64,000 nt of DNA from Octopus sinensis (GCF_006345805.1 NC_043000.1:94798001-94862000), one strand, 5' to 3'; shown: positions 13,614 through 25,850, counted from the stretch's first letter. Made by a program: numbers and translations. The notes: a model not told the origin generated them from the letters alone.

Positions 13614-13671
13614 CATTATTGGTGAATTGAAGAAATGGAGCTGAACGCAGATTGAACAGAAATCGTTTTAT

Positions 13672-13758
13672 TTCATTCTACACGTGTTTCGAAAGGCACA
13701 AATTACCAAAATCCGATTGAATAATGGGACCATATTGTGTCTTTCTCTTCAGGAAGAA
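13672..13758 (-). ncRNA. Type I hammerhead ribozyme (left arm copy)
   Basis: Reverse complement of the motif at 16126-16212. Confidence 0.8.
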
Positions 13759-14361
13759 AAAGGAAATCCGTTGGAAAAACAAAAACAGAACAGAGGCGGA
13801 GCAAAACACAAATCGAACTGTGCTCCTAAGAGCCCATGGCGAAACTGTTTATCAGTGTATGTTGAGAACCGGTGGCTGAAGAATTCAACGGGTCAGGCAT
13901 CGGTCAATCATGTGGGTGAGGGTGTATAGATGTTCTTTGTGACCGAGAATAAAGTTCTGACTATTTAAAGAATATTGGATGTTTTATAAGTGGCGAGAAA
14001 AAATCTACTTAGAGACGTGTGTGTGTGTATACTGTTCTATATATGTGTGTGTTGGCGTAGGGGTAGAAAACATTTTTTGTGTACGTGTGTGCGTTTGATC
14101 GTTCGGCTGTCAGTGGCTACTGCCGTGATAACCGTTGGGTGGCAGAAAGAAAAAAATAAAAAAATTTATATATATATATGTTTTATGTGTGTGTGTGTTC
14201 ATCTAAGCCTACCTTGTCAAGGAAACCCCCCGCTGTGAAAAAACCAAGCCCCGTTTGTCTTACAGGAGTAATTCCCCTTGCAGTGGTCAATCGTAGATAT
14301 CTTAAAGGCTATTTCAGAATTTGTTACCAAGGGCTATGGGTGCCGGTATTATTTATAAACG

Positions 14362-14932
14362 CTATTTAAAGGCCAGATAAGTGTAACGCCGCCAATGGGG
14401 GCATCGAAAAGCCGACTGTAAGAGCCCGTTTACCATCCGGCCTCTGGCAAACAAAATATGGAAGAGTTCGGAGACACAAAGGTTGCACTGTCTTCTGCCC
14501 CTATCAAATGGGAGGGCCACCGACAAAATTGACCATTCCAGCCTATAGCTTAAGTTCGCATCCTTCAGTCGCCATATTAGCTTACTGAGTCCCGTGGTCT
14601 GGCGCTTGTTCACGTCCCGAAAAGTTGCGTAATGGTTGGAGACACGCAAAGACAATCTTGAGGATGATGCCCCTACATAAGTGAAGGCATCTGAGTCCGT
14701 GTAAACCTTGCATTGGTAGACGGCGTTTTTGATCTTGGAGTTCGCCGACGTGAATCTTAATCTGCTAGGATTGGTTTCTGAAATTAGAACTGCGTTCCTG
14801 TCACTATATTCGTTCCGAGACCTGCAGCCGCTTACTACTCTATTTTCCACTACGTCACTATTAACTATAGGAATAACCCCTGATTCTCCACTATCTATCA
14901 GAGTGCTGTCATTGCTACTGCCCGTGGTACTG
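14362..14932 (-). CDS. GIY-YIG endonuclease frame (PLE type), left arm, no in-frame ATG upstream
   Basis: Mirror of 14950-15520 with identical translation; part of ORF 14362-15153. Confidence 0.8.
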
Positions 14933-14949
14933 CCGTGGTACCGCAATAG

Positions 14950-15520
14950 CAGTACCACGGGCAGTAGCAATGACAGCACTCTGATAGATAGTGGAGAATC
15001 AGGGGTTATTCCTATAGTTAATAGTGACGTAGTGGAAAATAGAGTAGTAAGCGGCTGCAGGTCTCGGAACGAATATAGTGACAGGAACGCAGTTCTAATT
15101 TCAGAAACCAATCCTAGCAGATTAAGATTCACGTCGGCGAACTCCAAGATCAAAAACGCCGTCTACCAATGCAAGGTTTACACGGACTCAGATGCCTTCA
15201 CTTATGTAGGGGCATCATCCTCAAGATTGTCTTTGCGTGTCTCCAACCATTACGCAACTTTTCGGGACGTGAACAAGCGCCAGACCACGGGACTCAGTAA
15301 GCTAATATGGCGACTGAAGGATGCGAACTTAAGCTATAGGCTGGAATGGTCAATTTTGTCGGTGGCCCTCCCATTTGATAGGGGCAGAAGACAGTGCAAC
15401 CTTTGTGTCTCCGAACTCTTCCATATTTTGTTTGCCAGAGGCCGGATGGTAAACGGGCTCTTACAGTCGGCTTTTCGATGCCCCCATTGGCGGCGTTACA
15501 CTTATCTGGCCTTTAAATAG
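14950..15520 (+). CDS. GIY-YIG endonuclease frame (PLE type), right arm, no in-frame ATG upstream
   Basis: NAVYQCKV..TYVGAS..LSLRVSNHY..TTGLSKLIWRLKD..LEWSIL..CNLCVSE..MVN..CPH; domain ~15152-15517, stop 15518-15520. Confidence 0.8.
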
Positions 15521-16125
15521 CGTTTATAAATAATACCGGCACCCATAGCCCTTGGTAACAAATTCTGAAATAGCCTTTAAGATATCTACGATTGACCACT
15601 GCAAGGGGAATTACTCCTGTAAGACAAACGGGGCTTGGTTTTTTCACAGCGGGGGGTTTCCTTGACAAGGTAGGCTTAGATGAACACACACACACATAAA
15701 ACATAATATATATATAAATTTTTTTATTTTTTTCTTTCTGCCACCCAACGGTTATCACGGCAGTAGCCACTGACAGCCGAACGATCAAACGCACACACGT
15801 ACACAAAAAATGTTTTCTACCCCTACGCCAACACACACATATATAGAACAGTATACACACACACACGTCTCTAAGTAGATTTTTTCTCGCCACTTATAAA
15901 ACATCCAATATTCTTTAAATAGTCAGAACTTTATTCTCGGTCACAAAGAACATCTATACACCCTCACCCACATGATTGACCGATGCCTGACCCGTTGAAT
16001 TCTTCAGCCACCGGTTCTCAACATACACTGATAAACAGTTTCGCCATGGGCTCTTAGGAGCACAGTTCGATTTGTTTTTTGCTCCGCCTCTGTTCTGTTT
16101 TTGTTTTTCCAACGGAATTCCTTTT

Positions 16126-16212
16126 TTCTTCCTGAAGAGAAAGACACAATATGGTCCCATTATTCAATCGGATTTTGGTAATTTGTGCCTTTCGAAACAC
16201 GTGTAGAATGAA
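16126..16212 (+). ncRNA. Type I hammerhead ribozyme (right arm copy)
   Basis: Helix I TTCTTC/GAA(T)GAA; core CTGAAGA 16132-16138; helix II GAAAGACACAA/TTGTGCCTTTC; GAAA 16194-16197; minimal helix III C-ACGT-G; predicted cleavage after GTA at 16205. Confidence 0.82.
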
Positions 16213-16423
16213 ATAAAACGATTTCTGTTCAATCTGCGTTCAGCTCCATTTCTTCAATTCACCAATAATGTTTTAATTTCAATTATCCGCACCAACGCAC
16301 GGTTGCAACACCAGATGGTTGTACCTCCAACCGTGCTGTTTACTGCTGTGATTTTTGCTACTAAGGTATCGGTTAAACTGTTGATTAATCTACTACAAGA
16401 TTATTCATCTTTCTATTTCACAT

Positions 16424-16470
<47 letters not shown>

Positions 16471-16738
16471 GTATATATATATATATATATTGACATACAT
16501 ATAGAGATATATATATAAAGGCATGTATATGTATACCTTAAGCATGTATATACATATGATTGTGAGAGCATATACATAAATATACATACACACATACACA
16601 CATACAAACATATATATATATACAAAGATACGCGTTCTCCTCGTGTCGCTGCGAGCACATACTGAGAACATTAGTTTCTAACCACGTTCTGTTCATAATG
16701 AATACATGCGAGTGTATGTATTCTTATGTGTATGTGCA

Positions 16739-16780
<42 letters not shown>

Positions 16781-17329
16781 TGCATGTGTGTGCGTGTGCG
16801 TTGGCGGGTGCCTAGTTGTGGGTGTTTGCGTGTACGTGTACGTATGTGTACGCCTGTGTCTAATTAAAAAGGAAAATACTATCCAATTTGCCTTTAATGG
16901 AATTTCAAGTTTATATTAGCACAATACTTATGCCTTAATCACATTTAGGCGAAAATACGATAGAACTATCGCTGAAATGATATTTAATGTGCTAAGAAAA
17001 TCGATTCTTACTTTATCCTAGAAGACATCAGCCAAGAATAACACAATATTATGTCAAGCAACATTAAGCTCAGTGCCATATCTCTTTGGATTGTGGTCTG
17101 AAAATAAAAATGTAATAAATTAATGGCGGCATCCTGTTTTCAATCGATATAGTCGTTAAGTAACATTGGCAGCTAGTGTGAGGCTGCATCATTTGGAGGT
17201 TGAACTTTTGCAAAAAAGATCAATTATTAAATACTTGCCACTATATCCACAGGATTTTTTTAACCGACACACACACACATGCCAACTCACAAACTCGCGC
17301 ACACACATAAACACACACACACACACACA

Positions 17330-17376
<47 letters not shown>

Positions 17377-17851
17377 GTACCTTTGTTCCATGTTTTACTG
17401 ATTTGAGTGCAACTATGCTCGGCCAACACCTTGAAAAATTTTAATCAAATAAGTTTACACCAGTACTTATTTTTGTTTAAATCTGGTATTTATTTCATCA
17501 GGACCTAGTGTCGAACCGTTAAGTTCCAGACATGTAAACACACCAACACTGATTGTCAAGCGGTAAAGGGAGAAAAGCAGACACCAACACACACACACAC
17601 AAACACGTACATACATACACAGACTCACACACACACACACACACGCATATATATACATATATATATATATATATAATATATATATATATATTATATATAT
17701 ATATATATATACTATGTGCTTACAATTCACTTGGTCGACCCGAGATCACTTACCCAAAGAAGACACTAGCCCAAACTACCACGCAGGAATTGAACCTGGA
17801 AGCAAGCTTCTTACCCCACAATCAATATTATATATAAGTGTGTGTGTGTGT

Positions 17852-17888
<37 letters not shown>

Positions 17889-18169
17889 ACATGATCATAC
17901 ATAATCATACCTGTCCGCTCGTGACTGAGGAAAACCATCACTGACTTTTAAGAACGTTGCGCGCTCAAGACTGCCTCATATTTTACACTTGCGGCTCCGT
18001 TGGTGACTAGCGAGCCTTGCTCTTGACAAACATACACGACTGCAAAAATTGCGAACCAAGTTTTCTCCATTAATTTTACGAGCTGTGCATTTTCGAGCAA
18101 TACAATTTAAATTATTCATGAAGAATACGTGCACTTTCAAAATTATCGACTCCAACCTTTATCTTTTTC

Positions 18170-19880
18170 CTCCATCCGTGGCAATGACAAGCATTGCTCT
18201 CCCAGTCAGCCTGTATTTCACAGGCCTTTAATGAGGACTTTACACATTTTTTACATCGCAGTATTGGCGTCTGCCCGGGTCACTTTCCACTAAGAAGTTC
18301 CCCATATAGTATCTGTTTAGGGATCTTGCTATCATTGTAACAAGATATCCAGTGCAACCGGTGTTTGTGCACCATCGCGTCAATACACAAGTTATCGGCT
18401 TTCCTTAGGACCTATGTATCTGGAGTTTTTAAGGTCCAGCCAACATTCAGAATGTGTCTCTGATAGAAACATTCAAGGACCCTTACATGACGTCAGTAAA
18501 GGGTCCATGTCTGACATGAGTAAAAGAATGATGTCAGTACACATGCACGGTACACAACAATTGTTGTTCGCCTTCTGATGCCATGTTGGGACCAGACACG
18601 AGGCTCAAGAGACCTGAAAGAATCAGTTGCTTTTGCAGTCTGAAATATATTTCATCATCCAGGGAGCAAGAACGGCTAGGTGTGCTGCCTACGTACACAA
18701 ACTTGTCTAACACTTTATGCATTGTGCCTTCAACCAAGACAGCTAGTTCCACATAGGGTTTCCTGGTGCAGGCTGGGACATTACAACAGTCTTGTCTAGA
18801 CTAATGCTGAATCCAACTACCTTGCAAGAAGCAGAAATATGATTCACAAGTATTTGCATATCATCTGCTGTACGAGTGACCAAGTCACAGTCATCTGCAT
18901 AAAGGAGGTTACTACTAATAAGAGACTGGAAAATGTTTGAATTGGCAGCAAATCCACGACGGTTAGAAAGACGGCCAGGAGATCGATACCTAACATATAT
19001 CCCAGGAGAGCTTTCCACAGCAAAAACATGAATACGAGTAGCATCAAAGTACAGAGAAAAGGGTTGGAGCAAGAATGATACCCTGCTTGACACTATTCTC
19101 TACAGGAATGGGTCCCGCCACGCCACCACCAACATTAACCCAAGACTCCATCCCATCATGAAATGAGTTGATTATTGATACAAAGTGATCCAGACATCCA
19201 AGTTTGCCAAGTAGTTTTCATAGGGAGGCCCTATTCACAGTATCAAAGACCTTGGTTAAATCAATGAAAACCTGGACAAGATCCATATTCTGCTCATAAC
19301 ACATCTGCAGCTGTCTCGCTTTGAAAATCATATCCTTCGTTCCTCTTCCAGATCGGAAACCACATTCAGATTCAGATTGGACATCATTTACAAGACACCT
19401 ATTCAGGCAGGTAAGAAGAATACTTGCCAGAACCTTGCCAGCTGATAGAAGAGTAATACCTCTGTAGATGTCACACTCTACTCTAGCTCTCTTTCCTTTA
19501 TAGAGAGGACTAATAATTGCATCATTCCATTCCTTATGCATTGCACAATCCCTCCAGATTACACTAAGTTCATGAAGGGTTTGTGTGATGTGAACATCAC
19601 CAAATCGCAGGACCTCAGCATAAATACCATCCTAACCAGGTGCCTTACCAAGATTCTATTAACTTATTGTTGTCATTACCTCATCTATAGAGGGCGTAGA
19701 ATTTAAAGAGCTAATGACAGGTCTCTGTTGTATAGTGCCATTCAATGCTTCGTCCACAACAGACTCACGGTTCAGACAAATATTCAATCCAGTGACCAGT
19801 GATCTCTGTTGATGTAATAAACAAGGTAGAAGATTCATTGGAAACAAAGGAGCTGATGCAGAGTTCTTAGGCCCATAAAC
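18170..19880 (-). mobile_element. RTE-clade LINE remnant (RT region)
   Basis: EWNDAIISPLYKGK..YRGITLLS..SECGFRSGRGTKDMIF..FIDLTKVFDTVNR and LLYADDCDL..ISLDKTVVM. Confidence 0.88.
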
Positions 19881-21074
19881 TTATTTCATAAGTAATTATT
19901 TCATAAGTAATTTTCATTTCATAAGTAATTTTCTTCAGCTGAATTCACGTCATTGATTGATTAAAATTACCCAAATACGACAACTTTAACACGAAATAAT
20001 TCTAAAATACAAAATTTTGTCAAAAGCGTTAAGAGTAAACCTTGTTCTATGTGACATATTCTACCAGTATCCAGAGTTTCAAAGAGTATAGTTAAAAAGA
20101 AACTAATTAAACATTCTGGCCATCAAATTGAATATATCCTCTTAACTTTTTTTAATTTTGGGAATTTTCAGAAAACGTTTGTGAATTTGTATCCTACACT
20201 CAGGATTTCAAAGGATTTTGAAAACACCAAAAGAATAGCTGATTTAAGGACTACTTGTCTGTTACTTTTAGCACATCTCTCGACCAGAGTACAGGCAGCA
20301 GATGAACACAGCATCGGCGCATATGATTTCGCGTAGAATATATTTGTCAACGCGTGCTCTCCCGCAGACAAAAGAGTATTTCATGTTTGGCTTGTTACTA
20401 TGGAAACAGACATGAAGGTGTCTGTGGCTTACAATTGGCTAAAATTACCCCAAATTTGCAAGTTTTAAAAGCTAATAGCACTTTGTTTATTGATTTATTG
20501 CGAAAATGAACTTCAAAGCAGTGATTAGCATATAAAACCATATCATTACATCGAATATGAAAACAATTCGTGCAAGAATTGAAGAGATTGAAAATTGGCA
20601 GCCAAACAGAAAATATTCCAATAACCTAACCACAAGGCCACGCATCTTCACGTAAGTTATACATCATGTTCTTAAATGTTTTCTTATTGTAGAAAACATA
20701 CCAGAATGTGCGGCAACGAGTGAATAAAAGTGTTCGGTGGGTCTATTCAGTACAGGAATCTGTAGAATATTTTAAAGTTGTTGGCACTACACTGCATATT
20801 CCAAATCTTATTTCATATTCAATACCAAGGATTACAATAGTTGGTGTTTTGAATTAAAGAGGTAAATCGATTTGAAAATGGAATTAGCTCAGCAAAGAGT
20901 TTTACTGACTATTGACAGAGCCGTCACAAATAACAGGCTACAAAATTAATAACTGCGGCTGACTTAAGCAAACGCCAGCTGCAGAATCTTCACATTATTA
21001 GAATTACATGAAATTATGAAATTATCACAAAATGTATACATACACAAATACACGCATACATGCATACATATATG

Positions 21075-21131
<57 letters not shown>

Positions 21132-21169
21132 CATGCAAACATACATATATATCTATGTATGTATGTAAG

Positions 21170-23330
21170 CAAGCAAATCACTAAAGTCCCACCAACAGAA
21201 AGTAAAGGAGATAGAAATGAAGTCTGGGGACAATAAAAAGAAAACACTCACTTGCAAATAGATTACCCTCAAGCAGGAGCTAAGCTGTCAGTGAAAAATT
21301 CCCACTTCAGAAGAGAATAACCAAGAGAAGGACAATAAACAAAATATTTAAGCGCAACCAGACAACAGTATACGTGAGCGGAGTAGTAAACATCACGGAA
21401 GCTCCTTCAGGAGAAGACATAGACTCATTCTGGAGGGAAATCTGGAGTAAAGAGAAGGAATTTAATCAAGATGGTCTGTGGCTGAAAGAAATCCGAAAAT
21501 GTTATTGTTCTTGTGTAAACCTCCAAAACATACAACATTCATAGTGAAACTTTTCAAATATCATCAAGAAACTCCAGGATGGTAAAGCACCTGGAAGAGA
21601 CTCGATTATTGGACATTGGTACAAGAAGCCAACATTCTACTGAACATAGCTTATCAATCTGTACCTGCAAGCTCTCATTGGGAACAGTAGCATACCACAC
21701 TGGTTAGCTCTGGCAGAGACAAAATTGATCCCCAAATGCAGAAACACCCACATGGCAAAACACTACCGGCCAATTGCATGCCAGAACTTAATGTATAAGA
21801 CATATACAGCATGTTTAAATCTCTTCCTTCAGGACCATTGTGAAATCAATAACATTATCACAACAGAGCAAGCAACTGGAAAGAAGGGAGTTTGGGGATG
21901 TGCCGAGCAACTGTTAATTAACAAGACTGTTATGTCAGAGGGGCGAGAGCATATGAACTTAGTTTTAACGTGGCCAGACTACAAGAAAGCCTTCGACTCT
22001 GTTCCCCACTCATTGATACTAGAAGCCCTTCAACCTGCTAAAGTTCCAGTGAGAATAATGAAAGCCATAGGTGACCTGACTTCATTGTGGGCCACCTTCT
22101 TGAAGTTAAACACAAAGAGTGACCGGATTATCAACCATAGAATACAGTATCGCTAAGGCATATTCCAAGGAGACAGCCTCTCTGTGATGTTGTTTATACC
22201 TTCTGTAAACCCCTTGTCATTCATGTTAAGGAAGTCTGATAGATATCTCAAAGGTTCACAAGGAAACAGAAATCCCAAAATTACACTGTTTCTTTGTGGA
22301 TGACTGAAAACTTTATGAAAAGAATATGCATGAGATGCAAAAGAGCCTTATCCAAGTTACAACATCCTTAAAAGACGAAGTGTTGGAATTTGGTCAGGAT
22401 AAATGTTGTTATATGGTTGTGAAAAGGAGGAAAACTATAAACCAGACTAGTAACATCTCCATCAATGATATGACTGTTTTCCCTGTATCTGATGATGCAT
22501 GGATATGTTAGTAGAAAGCTCCGTGATGACACTAACATCGATCATCAAATCTGTTTATCATGGACCAATAGCCGGATTACTACCTTCCACTTTGAAGGGA
22601 ATGCGTTTGCAATACAGTAACAGGAAATGTCAACCAAGTACCTGATGCACAAAAGGGATAGAGATGCAGGAAAAACAGTAAAATGTGACAACCGATGCAG
22701 ACTTTATGACGTTCCCACTGAAGATATCACCCACATCATAAGCAGTTGTCCACAAATTTCATCATGGTATTATCTAACAATGAGACATGATTTTGTAGCT
22801 TGGGCAATCTATAATGAAATCCGTCGGAAAGATAATCTCGAGGACAAAGAAATAAGAACCCATAATATGATAGAAGCCATAGCCACTCATAATAAAAAGG
22901 AATATTAGTGGAATGTCCCGGGGAAGACTTCCATATAATGTAAGCACAGCAGACCTGCTATAAGGATTTGGGATAGAGAAGAAAAACTTTGCAGCGGATG
23001 TTAACATAAAGCTGAAGATCAGTGAAAAGGAAAACACCTACGCTGAACTATAGAGAAATTTGCAGTTACTCAATCCAGATTACAAGTTCAGGTTAATACC
23101 AGTGATTATTGGGGTCCTGGGATATGTAACACACTGCTTAAATACCAATCTTGAGAAATTAGGTTTCTCAAAACCAGAAAAGAGAATGCTGATTCGAAGA
23201 CTACAGATCTAATCCATCACTGAAACTGTAAAAATCCGTAAAACTTTCCAGAAGTTTATCATTTAAATATATATGACCATGTTTGTATGCATTAGAATAT
23301 ATACATAAAACATATAAATCAGCACATACA
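21170..23330 (+). mobile_element. R4/Dong-like non-LTR retrotransposon remnant (RT, CCHC, restriction-like endonuclease)
   Basis: YRPIACQNLMYK..GKKGVWGCAEQLLIN..DYKKAFDSVPH; CRL..EDITHIISSC..MRHD; C-terminal IPVIIGVLG; followed by a (CATA)n tract. Confidence 0.85.
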
Positions 23331-23489
23331 TACATACACACATACATACATACTACATACATACATACATACATACATACATACATACATACATACATAC
23401 ATACATACATACATACATACATACGTGCATAATATGCACACATGCATTATCCTTCACTGGAATTTCAACATCAACAACAGGGTACTTTA

Positions 23490-24279
23490 GTACCTTGTTC
23501 TGGAAATTGCAGTTTATAAGCGACAGACTACGCTGAGGAACTTGCAGATATCTGCGTGTTTTATATACGTAGGTATTAACAAGTGAAACCAATTAGTATG
23601 TAGGTAATCGTTTATATCTCGTATATTTTCATTTGTATTGATCATTTTTACAATTTGGCGTTTTTGCTGAGATTTTTTTCTTGAGAACACATACTTCGTG
23701 GTAATGGTGATTTGCCGTCTATGTTTAGCATATAGGGTGTCCACTTTAGTGGTCATTCCTCTTAATTTTGTATGTAACACAGTTTTTAATCTTCGGATTT
23801 TTAAATATGCTAAGCCACTGGTTTTAATTGATTAACATCAATTTCTACTCCTATTTACTTTTAAATAAAATATGTTCTCTAACTGGTAAATTAGCTGCTG
23901 AAATTTATTAACTGCAGAGTAATTTCCGGCCTCAGCGCGCCAAAGTGAAGGCATTTGAAAGAATATACCCAAATATAAAGTATAGAACTTTCTACATGCT
24001 CTATTTCGATTGAGCATTCTGTACCTAGTTCTGGAAATTGTGTTTTGCAAGCGACAGACTACACTGAGGAACTTGCAGATATCTGCGTGTTTTATTTACG
24101 TAGATAGTAACAAGTGGAACCAATTGCTACGTAGGTAATCGTTTTTATTTCGTATATTTTCAATTGTCTTAATGATTTTTACACTTTGGCGCTTTTGCTG
24201 ACATTTTTTTCTTGAGAGCACATTCTTCGTGGTAATGGCGGTTTGACGTCTATGTTTAGCATAGTGGTCATTCCTCTTG

Positions 24280-24282
<3 letters not shown>
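23490..24282. repeat. Local direct duplication (~270 bp; 23490-23767 and 24021-24282)
   Basis: GTACCT(T/A)GTTCTGGAAATTG..GCGACAGACTAC..GTGGTCATTCCTCTT present twice with scattered substitutions. Confidence 0.85.
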
Positions 24283-24326
<44 letters not shown>

Positions 24327-24344
24327 TATATATATATGTATGCA

Positions 24345-25030
24345 TCAGGTCATCCCATAAGTTCTGTCCGAATTTTGAATAAAGAAAACAAGTGATCAAA
24401 TGATATATTTAATTGAAATTTAATCATCAATGTACTTTCCCTGATTATCTATGACTTTCTTCCTTCTATTTACAAGCTTTTTAATCTCATCAATGTATAA
24501 CTCTTGGTTTAAAAGCGAAGAACACTGTAATATCAGTTTCGACCTTCTGGCCTGCGAAAGTTATGTCCCCCAAATGATTCTTTAAACTGTGAAACAAATG
24601 TTAGTCTGATGGAACAAGGTCGGGAGAATAAGTTGGATGGGTAATGTTTCCCAACCAAGCTCTTCAATAAACTGTGATGTGATTTTTGCAGTGTGGGGTC
24701 GCGCATTGCCCTGATGAAACATCACTTCTTCTCGATTCACTAAAGCGGGTTATTTTTTCTTCAAAGCTTGGTTCTAATTACTGACAGTAGGCTTGAGCAT
24801 TGATTGTTGCATTAGGTGGTAACAATTCAAAGTGAATTACTCCTTTGCAATCCCACCAGATTGAGAGAAGAACCTTTTTCCCATTAAGTTCCCCTCTCGG
24901 TTATGGTTGAGCTTTTTCCCTTTCACCAAGCCACTGATTACGACGTTTAACATTTCTATACGAGATCCATTTTTCGTCACCAGTTACAAGTCTATCCAAA
25001 AAGGATGAAATGAATTCGCGAGAATGGAGA
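24345..25030 (-). mobile_element. Mariner remnant (catalytic domain plus TIR)
   Basis: Minus strand LDRLVTGDEKWISY, LLSIWWDCKGVIHFEL, HQGNARPH, PTYSPDLVPSD. Confidence 0.85.
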
Positions 25031-25262
25031 GAAGAGCAGAGATAGAAGAAGCTGAAAAAAAGTTAATTTTACAATTCACGGTTAGCAACAGGGATTGTTG
25101 TATCTGCGAATAAACATCAAACATTTAGGGAATAGAGTAGATAAAATCAAGGCTACATATGTTTCATAACTAGCAGAACTTCGGAACTAGCAAATGGTCC
25201 AAACGAGGGGTAGACAACAATCTACTCTTGAGGCCAAGGATACTTTGATTATGTGTGTATGG

Positions 25263-25293
<31 letters not shown>

Positions 25294-25378
25294 TGTGTGT
25301 ATTTAAGCATGCATATATGTGTGTACATAAACGAGACAGACAAACAGACAGACAAACAGACAGACAGAAAAACAAATC

Positions 25379-25760
25379 GTGGCATTCCGTCGGTTACGAC
25401 GACGAGGATTCCAGTTGATACGATCAACGGAACAGTCTGCTCGTGAAATTAACGTGCAAATGACTGAGCACTCCTCAGACACGTGTGCTCTTAACGTAGT
25501 TCTCGGGTAGATTCAGCGTGACACAGAGTGTGACAAGGCTGGTCCCTTTGAAATACAGGTACAGGAGAAATAGGAAGAAAGCGTGAGAGCAAGTAGTGGT
25601 GAAAGAGTACAGCAGGGTTCGCCACCCCCACCTGCCGGAGGCCTCGTTCCGCTTTACGTGTTTTCGCTCAATAAACACTCACAACGCCCGGTTTGGGGGT
25701 CGAAACCGCGATCCTACGACCGCGAATCCACTGCCATAAGCACTAGGCCATTGCGCCCCC
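25379..25760 (-). mobile_element. tRNA-derived SINE family 3
   Basis: Head GGGGCGCAATGGCCTAGTG..GGTTTCGACCCC; body and tail shared with 45251-45614 and 49247-49567. Confidence 0.8.
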
Positions 25761-25817
25761 ACAGAAAAACAAATAGACATTGACTGACCGACAATGAAAT
25801 AGAGGGAGAGAGGGGGC

Positions 25818-25850
<33 letters not shown>

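Larger units (their letters stand above)
13612..16272. mobile_element. Palindromic (head-to-head) Penelope-like element: GIY-YIG plus hammerhead in each arm, no RT
   Basis: 13612-14932 is the reverse complement of 14950-16272, with a 17-nt spacer. Only 2 substitutions and 2 single-base indels seen by eye. Each arm has a GIY-YIG frame and a terminal hammerhead. Confidence 0.9.

Noticed and set aside
14729-14932. N-terminal 68 aa of the 263-aa ORF as a genuine protein domain
   Set aside because: It is the antisense reading of the mirrored arm, starts at TTG and shows no recognisable motif.
17012-17097. Candidate minus-strand exon encoding MALSLMLLDIILCYSWLMSSRI (signal-peptide-like)
   Set aside because: Good AG/GT consensus but no compatible downstream exon found; could be chance.
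19980-20960. Possible pogo/Tigger transposase remnant (MELAQQRVLLTID at 20878)
   Set aside because: Only one weak motif, no TIRs, many stops.
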